The notes under the pieces: model-generated
Told to the model about the DNA's origin: nothing
Database searches by the model: none
Seen by the model: only the letters and a program-made list of their open reading frames with translations
Shown here: piece by piece, positions 14,226 to 24,254 of the stretch
How positions within the stretch are numbered: position 1 is the first letter of the stretch
Layout of the letters: the number at the start of each line of letters is the position of its first letter
NCBI GenBank assembly: GCA_023920165.1
Contig: CP089274.1
Coordinates: 3,038,001-3,102,000 of the forward strand
DNA length: 64,000 nt
Origin: Curvularia clavata
Taxonomy: Eukaryota
Direction of reading: 5' to 3'
Translations under genes and position numbers: made by a program

Positions 14226-14892
14226 AGTGCATTGGCCCTATTGCATGCACCCCCACCACGACTTGTTTTCGGCCTTTGCTTGCATTCTGAGCATTTGCAG
14301 AAGCCATCTTTATGATTCGGCTTACACGCCAAAGGTTGCATCATTCTGTTCTCTGCGCATGGGACGGAGACCCCGCTTGGCACGTTGCTGAGTTGTGGTG
14401 CAGTTTCACGAACATTACGAAGGACGAGATGATGGAAAGGGAATTGACATATATGTTGATCAGGTTTCTACGACGGCCAACCATACAATACGCTGTCTTA
14501 ATAAAGGTTTCTCGGTGAAGCATTGAAGCTGTAGATAGACTAATACTACATTTACAAACACTGCCTAGATTATTTTGCTGTTGAGATCAGAGCCATGCAA
14601 TCTCAGTGATGCCGAAATCGGCGTTGGTGGAACGAGCCGGAGGGCTATTTTGTAAGCTGCTCGTTCGATGGTTTCCCCTTGTGGTATAGCATGCGTCGAA
14701 TCCAGGTGAACGAGTCGTACCTCGGCCCAAACCCCAAACCTCCGCGTCGCGATACCCGCCCCGCCTGCAACCCAAGAGCTTACGCCAGCACCTGAGCTTT
14801 AAATTCTTGCAATCAAAAAAAATCACATATTCCTGCTATTTCGCATTTTAACTAAAAACAAACTTCACATTGAAATTGCTCTACTCTTCAAT

Positions 14893-16015
14893 ATGGGCAA
14901 CGAATCAGGACCTGGTGTCGGCTTCGAGTTTCCTCCCTTCGAAGTAAAATGGCTGAAGCGTGATCTTCTGCTCTTTGCAAACAGCATCGGAGCCACATAC
15001 CCTGACCAGCTCCATTTCCTCTATGTAAGTAACTATCCATTGAAATGGTTCACCTGTATCGAGAGAAACCTTCATATCCTCGAATCAGCCCGCAACGAGT
15101 GTATTAGCAAAGCTTCTAACAGCAAAAAACAGGAACTCCACCCTTCCTTCGCCGCATTTCCCACGTACCCTGTGATCCTCCCCTTCAAGCACACCGACCA
15201 AGAAGTCATCGACTTCTACGCGCGCAGCAACTCGACACCGATTGCCGGCGTACCCAAGTTCGACACCAAGCATGTGCTCGACGGCGAGCGCAAGATGCAA
15301 TTCTTCAAGCCCCTACCTGTAACGAGCGAGGGTCGCAAGTTCGAGATTCGAAGCAAGGTACTGGGTGTGTATGACAAGGGCAAGCCAGGCACTGTCGTCG
15401 AAACCGAGCAGCGCCTTGTGGATGCTGAGACTGGCGAGACATATACGAGGGCTGTGGGTAGCGGATTCTACGTTGGACAGGGTGGATGGGGCGGACCTAA
15501 GGGTATGCTACTCTCCGTTCTATCTACATACTTACTCTCTCGATACTAGATGACTAACAAAATTCCCAACAGGCCCTAAAGTCCCTAACTACCCCCCTCC
15601 CTCGCGCTCACCCGACCACACTTACACACACCAAACCACCATGGAAACCGCGCACCTGTACCGCCTCAATGGCGACTACAACCCACTCCACGCGGACCCG
15701 GAACCCGGCAAGAAAATGGGTTTCGGCGGCCCCATTATTCACGGCCTGTTCTCCTGGAATATGTCTGCCAACGCCATCCTACGCGCGTTTGGCAACAGCA
15801 AGCCTGAGAACCTAAAGGAGTTCCAGGCGAGGTTTGCGGCACCCGTCAAGCCAGCTGATAAGCTGATTGTCGAGATGTGGCGGATGGGAAACAAGGATAG
15901 CGAGGGATTCGAGGAGATTAGGTTTGTGGTCAAGGTTGAGGGAGGCAAGACGGTGCTGACGAATGGGCGGGCGATGGTGAGGTGTGAAGAGGGGCAGAGC
16001 AAGGCGAAGCTGTAA
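14893..16015 (+). CDS. Peroxisomal MaoC-like double hot-dog dehydratase (enoyl-CoA hydratase 2 type); exons 14893-15024, 15133-15502, 15573-16015
   Basis: Hydratase-2 motif 'YRLNGDYNPLHADP...GFGGPIIHGL'; C-terminal PTS1-type tripeptide AKL; the exons sum to 945 nt. Confidence 0.9.
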
Positions 16016-16302
16016 TGGTTGTGCTATGTAGTATGGAAAGCTCATTGTTAAATTGAATTGAAGAAAGTATCATGTCCTAGGCTGGAATCCATGCATCTGC
16101 TTTTATTCTTCTCTAAATGGGCCTTCAAAGTGAAATACATGCAAAAGACCGCCCAGAGACAATCCCCAAGTAATCCAAAACCCGAGTTGTGTACTTTGGT
16201 CATGTTGGTAGAAACATGGTTGTTGCTTTAAAAACCAACCATGGCTGACGAGTTGGGCTAGATCCTCCGCTGTCATACTTACTACAGCCGCGCGCAGTGA
16301 TG

Positions 16303-16336
16303 TCCATCTATCCATCTTATCAGATGGATAGATGGA
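16303..16336. repeat. Perfect 15-bp inverted repeat with a 4-nt loop
   Basis: TCCATCTATCCATCT-TATC-AGATGGATAGATGGA, read directly. Confidence 0.9.
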
Positions 16337-16376
16337 TCCACATGACTTGGTGTGCGTTGCGTTTTACCCGAGTGTA

Positions 16377-16422
16377 CGGAGGTGCCCGTCAAAAGTCTTT
16401 GCCCACCTGGGCGAGCAGGGGT
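16377..16422 (+). repeat. Left TIR of the Tc1-like element
   Basis: CGGAGGTGCCCGTCAAAAGTCTTTGCCCACCTGGGCGAGCAGGGGT is the reverse complement of 17861-17906 at 44 of 46 positions. Confidence 0.95.
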
Positions 16423-16536
16423 ATATGCACTATTCTTAATTGGGAATCATCTCCGAGCTTACGTGGCTTATCCTTCTCAACCTCAAGTTTACGCTCTATA
16501 CTTTGTATTCTATCTATTAGTCTTAGTACTATCGCT

Positions 16537-17853
16537 ATGGTTTATCACGATAATTCTACTCGTGCTGCAGTTGTAGTTCTTAAGGCTATAGGCAAGCCAA
16601 ATCATGAGATTACTGGACTTACTGGAGTTGAGAAGCGTACGATTAACTCTATCTATGCGCGAGCAATTGAGCGAGGCTTTGATCCAGGCCTCCGGCCACT
16701 ACAGCTTGAAGACAAGCACCTTGAAGATGCCCATCGATCTGGGCGGCCATCTAAGCGGTCTACAGTCTCTCAGCAAGTAGTAGACACCGTACGCACCGAT
16801 CGATATGGGCGAGAAAAGTCTTGTGCTGACATTGCTGGCTTGCTAAGCCAACAAGGATTCAATGTCTCAGCATCTACAGTCAGGCGAGTCTTAAGAGAGG
16901 AAGGCTTCAGGAAGATCAAGCCGACGAGGAAGCCTGGGTTGACGAAGCAGATGAGGGAGGAACGATATAGGTGGTGCCTAGAGCACGCAGACTGGACGCT
17001 TGAGGACTGGAAGAACGTCATCTGGTCAGACGAAACCTCTGTTGTTCTTAACCATAGACGTGGTGGATATAGGATATGGAGAAAAGCAGATGAGGCCTTC
17101 GTACGGAGCTGCATTCGCGAGAGATGGAAAGGCTATTCTGAGTTTATGTTTTGGGGCTGTTTCTCGTACGATAAGAAAGGGCCCTGCCACTACTGGACAC
17201 CAGAAACAAATAAAGAGAAGGAGGCTGCTACTACTTGGATTAATGAACTAAATGAGAAGCTTGAGCCTATCAAGAAGGCTGAGTGGGAGCTTGAAAATGG
17301 TATACGTCGTCTTGACCTCCGGAACAAGCCTGGCCGACAGCCTCAGTGGAGGTGGAATAAGAGGACAGGAAAGCTTAGCCGACGTGATGGCTCAGGAATC
17401 GACTGGTATCGATATCAGACAGTTATTCTTCTACCAAAACTAATTCCTTTTGCAAAGGAATGTAAGGCTAATCGACCTAGAACAGTCGTACAGGAAGATA
17501 AGGCGCCTTCTCACGACCACTATGTTCAAAGCTATATTTATAGTCTTCATGATATTGAGAAGATTCTTTGGTGTGGGAACTCGCCTGACTTAAATGCGAT
17601 TGAGCCTTGCTGGCCATGGATGAAAAGAGCTACTACTAAGAAGGGGGCGCCTAAGAACAGAGCAGAGGGAATACGGGTATGGGAGCGGTGCTGGAGAGAC
17701 CTACCTCAGGAGAAAATACAGGCTTGGATTGAGCGAATTTCATTTCACATACAACAGATTATTAGACTCGAAGGTGGTAACGAGTATAAGGAGGGTAGGC
17801 GGCTTAGGAAGCCAGAGCCAGAGCTTTCGGAGGATAGTCTATATTGGGAATAG
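16537..17853 (+). CDS. Tc1-family DD34E transposase, 438 aa, uninterrupted
   Basis: N-terminal HTH-like region with 'RSGRP'; catalytic 'IWSDETS', 'QEDKAPSH' and 'NSPDLNAIEPCW', with 34 residues between the second D and E. Confidence 0.95.
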   Translation: MVYHDNSTRAAVVVLKAIGKPNHEITGLTGVEKRTINSIYARAIERGFDPGLRPLQLEDKHLEDAHRSGRPSKRSTVSQQVVDTVRTDRYGREKSCADIAGLLSQQGFNVSASTVRRVLREEGFRKIKPTRKPGLTKQMREERYRWCLEHADWTLEDWKNVIWSDETSVVLNHRRGGYRIWRKADEAFVRSCIRERWKGYSEFMFWGCFSYDKKGPCHYWTPETNKEKEAATTWINELNEKLEPIKKAEWELENGIRRLDLRNKPGRQPQWRWNKRTGKLSRRDGSGIDWYRYQTVILLPKLIPFAKECKANRPRTVVQEDKAPSHDHYVQSYIYSLHDIEKILWCGNSPDLNAIEPCWPWMKRATTKKGAPKNRAEGIRVWERCWRDLPQEKIQAWIERISFHIQQIIRLEGGNEYKEGRRLRKPEPELSEDSLYWE

Positions 17854-17860
17854 CCTAGAA

Positions 17861-17906
17861 ACCCCTGCCTGCCCAGGTGGGCAAAGACTTTTGACGGGCA
17901 CCTCCG
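17861..17906 (-). repeat. Right TIR of the Tc1-like element
   Basis: ACCCCTGCCTGCCCAGGTGGGCAAAGACTTTTGACGGGCACCTCCG followed by TA. Confidence 0.95.
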
Positions 17907-17986
17907 TACCCGAGTCCTCATTGCAGAGCTGCAGAGGCGCCCCCACCGTCATTGCTTTCCTTCTTCCAATCATTTACCCCCACACC

Positions 17987-18835
17987 ATGTTCACTGGACT
18001 CGTTGAAACAATTGGCAGTAAGCAGTCATGCCGGCTTCTTTTTATTCTTGTCTGCGCGCCAGGCGCTGATATGATAGCTAGCTGTCGCTGCTCTTGAGCA
18101 GCTCGACCAGTCGGCCTCGGGAGGCGGCGGCACGTCTCTGACTATATCGGGATGTGAGGAGATCTTGGGGGATTGCCATCTGGGCGACAGTATAAGTGTC
18201 AATGGTATGCCAATCAACCACGACGACGCTTGTTAGTTTAGGACTTGTGCAGTTTCTCTGACTTTTGTTGTGGCCTAGGCACTTGCTTGACCGTGACGGA
18301 ATTCGACAAGTCTTGGTTCAAGATTGGATGCGCTCCCGAAACCCTCCGGCGAACTAATCTGGGCTCGCTCCGTGAGGGCTCCAAGGTTAACCTCGAGCGT
18401 GCTGTCTCGGCGAATACACGTATGGGTGGCCACTTTGTCCAGGGCCATGTCGACACCATTGCTACGATCGAATCCATAACTCCAGACGGCAACGCCCTCA
18501 CCTTCCGCTTCAGACCCCGCGACCCGTCGGTGCTACGCTATATTGTCGAGAAGGGCTATGTCACTATAGATGGCGCGAGCTTGACGGTTACCAAGGTGCA
18601 GGATGGGCCTCAGGGCTGGTGGGAGGTTATGCTCATTGCCTACACACAGGAAAAAGTAGTCACAGCAGGCAAGAAGCCTGGCGATGATGTCAATGTCGAA
18701 GTAGACCAGGTAGGCAAATACGTCGAGAAGAGTGTGGCAGGCTACTTTGAAGGCGCAGCCAACGGCGAGATTGCTATACTGGAGAAGATGGTATCCAAGC
18801 TAGTCGACGAGCGGCTGAAGGCCCTTGGAAAATAG
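17987..18835 (+). CDS. RIB5: Riboflavin synthase (exons 17987-18017, 18082-18204, 18279-18835; 236 aa)
   Basis: Diagnostic N-terminus MFTGLVE, 'GDSISVNGTCLTV', 'VNLERA...GGHFVQGHVD' and 'IDGASLTV'. Confidence 0.96.
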
Positions 18836-19666
18836 TCGGGGCGCGAGCATGTGAAGCCTAGAGCAGGATACATAGTTACCAGAGAATGCTAGACACACAT
18901 AACCGTTAGAAACTGCATGGTTTAGAAACTCATGTCTAGTTTCCAGGCCACATCACACAAAGGAAACTACCATGAAGAGAGGCAGCGATAAGAGATATCT
19001 TCTAGTTGTCATATATCTTGCATTTTAGTTACAAATGTACAAAAGCGAGCTATCCCCCTAATCCATGCCCACCTTTGTCTGATCCATGGCGATGCTAGTG
19101 AATTGACTCGTGACTAAAAGAGAAAGGAAGACATGCAGCAAGCATGTGAATAATGCCATAGCAAAAGCAGAAAATCGCAAAAAGCCTTCACTCTCGATAC
19201 GACACACGTATAGGAGAAAAAGAAAAGCGAAAGCAATGCACCCACGCAATGCAAACCCATGCCCCAGCAAAAGGAAAGACGGCGTGCGTACTGGAGTGCG
19301 GAGGCCCTCAGTACCGATAAACTCAATCTGGGAAATCTTGGAATCGTGGTGGATCGTAGAGCGGACATGACTAGTCGCTCGGAGGCGGAGGCTACGCAAG
19401 TTGTACCTTGATAGCCACTCGTGGTGTTGGTAGCAGCAGCGAGTGATGGAAGCAAATTAAGCGAAGGCTTGAAAGTAATCCAATACCTCCGTTAGGGATG
19501 GAAAGCTAGGGTATCCAGGAAGAGGGTCGTGGCAAATAAGACTGCCATGTACTAGGAAGATAGAACAAGGCAGCAACTTTTGTCGGATCGTAGGAAGGAA
19601 CAATTGTCGAGGAATCGTAAGATGAGAAAAGAAAAGACGAAGAGCTTTGTCCGACAGGGACGCTCA

Positions 19667-22600
19667 TCATACATCGAATTGGCCATGGTTGAAGACGTCG
19701 TGGTCGTTAGACACAACACCGGACATCCTATCGCCACGGCCTGCTGGCCTGTCCCAGTTGACATCGTCTGTCTCATCCTCGTCCATGCGCTCCATACCCT
19801 CGCTCCTGTGTCTGTCGTGGCCAAACTGCTGTTCCATCGTGCTCTGGTCGGTGAAGGTGAAACCAGCAAAGTTGGCTTGCATCGTTGGCGAAAGAGGTGT
19901 GGATGCAGAATTTACACCAGATGCCAGAGCGGCAGCACGAGCATTCAAGGAACCGGCACCATTAAGGGCGTTGGTGAACTCTGGGTCGAAGTTGGAGACA
20001 TCGAGCTCTCCCTTGAGCTTGGGCTTGAATGGCGGCACGACGTTCTTCTTACTCAGAGCATCCCAGTCAATGTCGGCAAAGAAGGGGTGGTCTTTGAGCT
20101 CCTCGGCATCGCGTGTCGCACCGAGCCTGTGCTTGGGGTTCCGGTTGAGAAGTCCCTTGACGAAATTCCTACCTTCTGTGCTGAGGGCGTCGCGAGGGAA
20201 CCTAACCTTCCCGAACGCAATGTTCTTGTACATCTGCTGTGTATCTTCTGCGTAGAATGGACTCCAACCGCAGCACATTTCGAAGACTAGCACACCGAGA
20301 GACCAGAAGTCAACCATCTTTGTGTAACCGTGTTCATCCAAGAGCACTTCGGGGGCGAGATACTCAGTAGTACCGCAGAAGGTGTTGGTGGTGGCGTTCT
20401 CTGTGAGATTGGCTTTGGACAGACCAAAATCGCAGAGTGCGATGTGGCCGTTTGCGTCGAGAAGAATGTTCTCAGGCTTGAGGTCGCGGTACACGATGTT
20501 GTGCTCGTGGAGATGCTGCAGTGCGAGGATAAGCTCTGCAATGTAGAACTTGGCACGGGCCTCTTGGAAGCGGCCCTCCCTCTGGAGATGCCAGAAGAGT
20601 TCACCTCCAGACATGTAGTCGGTTACAAAGTATAGGTCGGATGGGGTCTGGAAGGAGAATTTGAGACCGACAATGAAAGCCGAGTCAGCCATGGCGGTTC
20701 GGACGAGAATATTGCGTTCTCCGAGAGTGTGTGCCACTTCCTTCTTCTGTACAATAACCTTCTTGGACAGTACCTTCATGGCGTAGATTCGGCGAGTGTC
20801 GCGCTTGCGTACCTGGAAGACCTGGCCAAAAGTGCCCTTTCCGATGAGCTTAAGGATTTCGAAATCTTCAGGTCCGTAGTGCTTCTTTTCGACCTTTTGG
20901 AAGTTGAGCTTCAGGTGGATTTCTCCAGTGACAACGCCTCCTTCGCCTTCTCGGGGCTCAAGCGGGAACCAGCCGTCATATGGCTCGTTGTACTCGACAA
21001 GGTTGGGACAGAAACGAACGTGGCCAAGGAAAGCCTCGCCATTTGCGCGATCGTAGACAGAAACGTCGACTTCAGCATGGTCGCCAACAACATCACTGTA
21101 GGTTATCAGTTTCCACAATCTTATCCAGGTGAAAGCGAAACCAAAAAAGAAATAAACTTACAAGATGGCTTCGTGCTCCCACTTGGGGGAAGTGACTTCC
21201 TCGAGAGAACCATTGTCCCTGGGATCTGAGCTGTGGCCACTGTTGCTGCTTTGGCGGCTCTTCATTGGGATAGCCATTGGGTGGTTCATTTGGCTTTCAG
21301 TTCGCTTCATCTGCATGGGTGGGCGACCCTTTTTCGAGTCATCATGACGGGGACCGTCTGAGATGTACTCGGCCCATTGGAACTGGCAGACAACATAAGG
21401 ATCTACGCTGGGAACCAAGCCGCGTCCTTCTGAGATTGTGACTGCGAGTTTGCCCTTGGGGGCAACGACGGGGGCCGTCTTGCTTTCCTTTGACTGATCC
21501 GAAGCATTGGAGGCGTGAGACAGATTCGAAGGCTGTTGCTTGGTCTCTTGCGAGCGTGTGCGGGGAGTCTGAGGAGGCGTGGCCTGTTGCAACGGCGCAA
21601 AGTCGCCTTGCGTTAGCTTCTCCGTTTCAGCAGCGGCGTGCGAGGCCGAAGGAGTTCGGGAAGAGGCACTAGGGGTAGGGCTAGGCAGCATTTTGGGCTG
21701 GGTAGATGAATCTTTTTTTTCTTTCTCTTGGGGATCCGATGAAGCAGGGTCGGACTGGCTCTGTGCAGAAGAAGTGACGGGTGCGGGGGAGGGGCTTGCC
21801 GCAGACAACGACTTCCGCGAGGGCATAAGAGAATCACGAACCTGGCCAAAGTAACTATGCAGAATACCCGGCAGTCGCTTGTCGGTCGGATCAGGCTTGG
21901 GCGTGGTGGCACCGGGTGGCGTAGAGCTGGTGGAGCCGATGTGGTCTTGTCCGTCGTCGTTGTTGTCGTTTGTGGCTCTGTGCGGTGTCAGCGTCGAGGA
22001 TGACGACATGGTTCAAGAAGCCCAAGAAAATAAAGGGCGGTGAGTGCGTGTCGGGGGGGCAGCGACGTGGTCGTGGCCGCAGTCGTGGAGCTGGTGGTGT
22101 GAGGGAGCTGAGGAACGTAGACACGAGCGGCCTGGTGTGCGGCGAAGAAATAGTGTGCAACGTTGGACAGGGACCTCGCCCAGCTGCATATGACCACCTC
22201 AGATGCTAGGCTTTGCTAAGCGACGCAGACACAGCTCTGGGGTGGCGGCGGGCGGCGGCGGCGGCGGCGGCCCAAGGTTGGCCTGGCCCTCACCCAAGGC
22301 ACGATGCAGGCCACGACCGGTCGGGGGATAGGTGAAGAGAGGACAAAGTTACAGGGACTTTGCTTACCTTGTCATTGCCTGCCTGAGCAGGTCGGCAGCG
22401 CCAGAGGAGGAGCCACCGGTGTTGGAAGCCATGGTGGGCGGTGGACGGGAGTTTGGAGCAGTGCCGACGTTGAGGGTGGAGAGGGTGGGCACCAGACTGC
22501 TGGACTTGTTGCGGATGTGATGGCGGGGTTGGAGCGTCTTTGTGGAAGATTCGGAGGCGCGCGAGACTAGGCCGGGACGGTGGAGGGCATCGAGCGCAGG

Positions 22601-22759
22601 GCTCTTTGGACGGATCTTGTTGTTGTTGGTGGTGTCACGGAGGGCGAGAGGGAGAGGGAGGTTGGCGCGAGAGGGGCTGCTGCTGAAGAAGTCGCTGGCC
22701 GGGGAGGCTGAGAGGGAGAGCGAAGTGGGCGCCGGGTCCGCAGGCGGGCGTGAAGTCAT
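19667..22759 (-). CDS. SCH9: Sch9/SchA AGC (Akt/S6K-like) kinase; exons 22759-22368, 21977-21162, 21095-19667 (about 878 aa); alternative starts at 22432 and 22009
   Basis: C2-like region, kinase motifs 'GKGTFG', 'YRDLKPEN', 'CDFGLSK' and 'TFCGTTEYLAPE', hydrophobic motif FAGFTF, and N-terminal 'TPKPDPTDKRLPGILHSYF'. The upstream exon splices in frame (GTAAG donor; GCTGAC...CAG acceptor). The start choice is less certain than the product. Confidence 0.93.
22245..22271. repeat. Interrupted (GGC)n microsatellite inside Sch9 intron 1
   Basis: ggcggcgggcggcggcggcggcggcgg, read directly. Confidence 0.8.
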
Positions 22760-23413
22760 AATAATCAATTGGAACCTGGCTCGCTGCTCCGAGCGGCCTT
22801 GGCCCTAAACAAGCGCGTTGCAACAAGAGAGCGAAAACTCTGCCCTAGGACGACTTGAACGGGGCAAGCAATCCGAGTGCTTGCAGGCTCGAGCCACGCG
22901 GCGGTGTGTACAGGGCGCGGAGGCCTGGTGGGCAGACGTGTACGGCCTGGGGGGAGAGTGGGTTCGGGTACAGTTGGCAGAAGACAGGCTGCAGCCTCAA
23001 CACGGGCGAGAGGAGGATGACTAGCGTGCGCGAGAGGAGCAGCAACTGATAACAGCGGGTGCAGTCTAGTTAGTGGCAGGTCGAGGGTGCGAGAAGAAGA
23101 CGGAGACAAGGGGAAGAGGAAGCAGACAAGGAGGCAGGCAGGCAAGCAAGCAGGCAGCCGATATGCGATGGCGATTGATAGATAATGGCAGTCACTCATT
23201 CACTTTGCTCTTGTATGTCATGCATTCACGGCCTCTATTGTGTCGGTGAGTCAGTCAGACAGCCTCTCCGTCGCCCAGTCGGTCGATTCCGTCAGGCAGG
23301 CAGGCAGGCATGTTATCCGACCGGTCAGCTCTGCTAATTGCTGCTACTGCTGCGAAGCCTACACTACACTCAAAGGCGCGGGTGGCGATTGCTGTCGGTG
23401 GCTATGAGCACAT

Positions 23414-23439
23414 GCTGCTGCTACTGCTGCTGCTGCTGC
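23414..23439. repeat. (GCT)n microsatellite in the SCH9-NCB2 divergent intergenic region; (GGCA)n tracts lie near 23132-23158 and 23296-23310
   Basis: gctgctgctactgctgctgctgctgc, read directly. Confidence 0.75.
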
Positions 23440-24254
23440 CACTGCCGCGGGCCCTTCACATCTAACCTCGCCATTCACCATTCACCGCCACCCACGGCAT
23501 CGTCTGTCTCGGCGAGTGGCAGCAGCTGCATTGCTCAACTACGTACTACCACTGTCCAAAACAGCGCCATGTACACACCACAGGGCCCCTAGGGCGCGGC
23601 CGTGCACCCAGGGCTGCCGCGCGCTGACGTCTTCTCTCCACTGCCATGCGCCAGACTGCCCGTCGACTGGGCCGGCAGCGTCAGACCGGCCGGGAGCAGA
23701 TTACAGTCCCTGGCTAAGATCTTCCACCGCAGCGAACCACTGCCAATCACTGCCCGTGTCTGGTGGACCGCCAGCATCCTCACATTTTGCTCAAGCCAGC
23801 CGCTGCTTCAAGCGCCAAACTCTTGTTTGAAGAAAAGACGCATCTTCCTATGCCGCCCGATACCGATGCCGATAGTTGCTCCGGTCTGCTGCTGGCAGTG
23901 GCTGCGTCGGGCCACTCGTCATCTCGCACGTGAAGCCCGACACGACGGAGGCCCGACGCCAGCAACCCACATGCATGGTCGACCCTGTTCCTTTCAAGTA
24001 GCTCTAGTATACTACTCCATATCATACACATGGCAGCTACTAAAGTACATCTGTGTGCGCCCATGCACGTGACAGACCACGCGGGCGGCCCTTGCCAATC
24101 AGCTCCATGGCGATCCAAGCCCTCGGCCAAACAGCCGGCCCGTGCAGCCCTATTGCATTTATCAAGTCAGCGCTACACGGCTCACGGGCGCGCGAAGGTC
24201 GACATACAAGCTCAAAGCCACACAAGGCAATAGCACACTGCCCACTCGACCACC

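Larger units (their letters stand above)
16377..17906 (+). mobile_element. Tc1/mariner-superfamily DNA transposon, 1,530 bp, full length
   Basis: 46-bp terminal inverted repeats at 16377-16422 and 17861-17906 (first 36 bp perfect, 2 mismatches overall), TA on both sides (16375-16376, 17907-17908), and an internal transposase ORF. Confidence 0.96.

Noticed and set aside
12617..16015. HMG-CoA synthase next to a peroxisomal dehydratase, with a CoA-transferase at 46.9 kb, as a mevalonate/siderophore-type biosynthetic cluster
   Set aside because: The ERG13 looks like the housekeeping copy. The siderophore dehydratase SidH is crotonase-fold, not MaoC. There is no NRPS, PKS or cluster regulator in the window, and the CoA-transferase is 30 kb away among unrelated genes.
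16276..16290. ATACTTAC resembling the U1 snRNA 5' end
   Set aside because: It is not followed by CTG or by U1 stem-loops or an Sm site; it is better read as a reverse-strand GTAAGTAT.
16290..16376. FMN riboswitch upstream of riboflavin synthase
   Set aside because: None of the RFN consensus blocks are present, and FMN riboswitches are not established in fungi.
16297..16536. N-terminal 80-codon extension of the transposase ORF (518 aa in the track)
   Set aside because: It starts outside the element and crosses the left TIR; the first ATG inside the element is at 16537.
19552..21229. Long plus-strand ORFs antisense to SCH9 (similar shadow ORFs lie opposite ERG13, BRF1, the aminopeptidase and the amino-acid transporter)
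   Set aside because: These are shadow frames produced by codon bias in the real genes; they have no motifs and mostly non-ATG starts.
22364..22768. Independent small gene or pure uORF upstream of SCH9
   Set aside because: Its GTAAG donor splices exactly in frame to an acceptor at 21978, so an upstream coding exon of SCH9 is the simpler reading.
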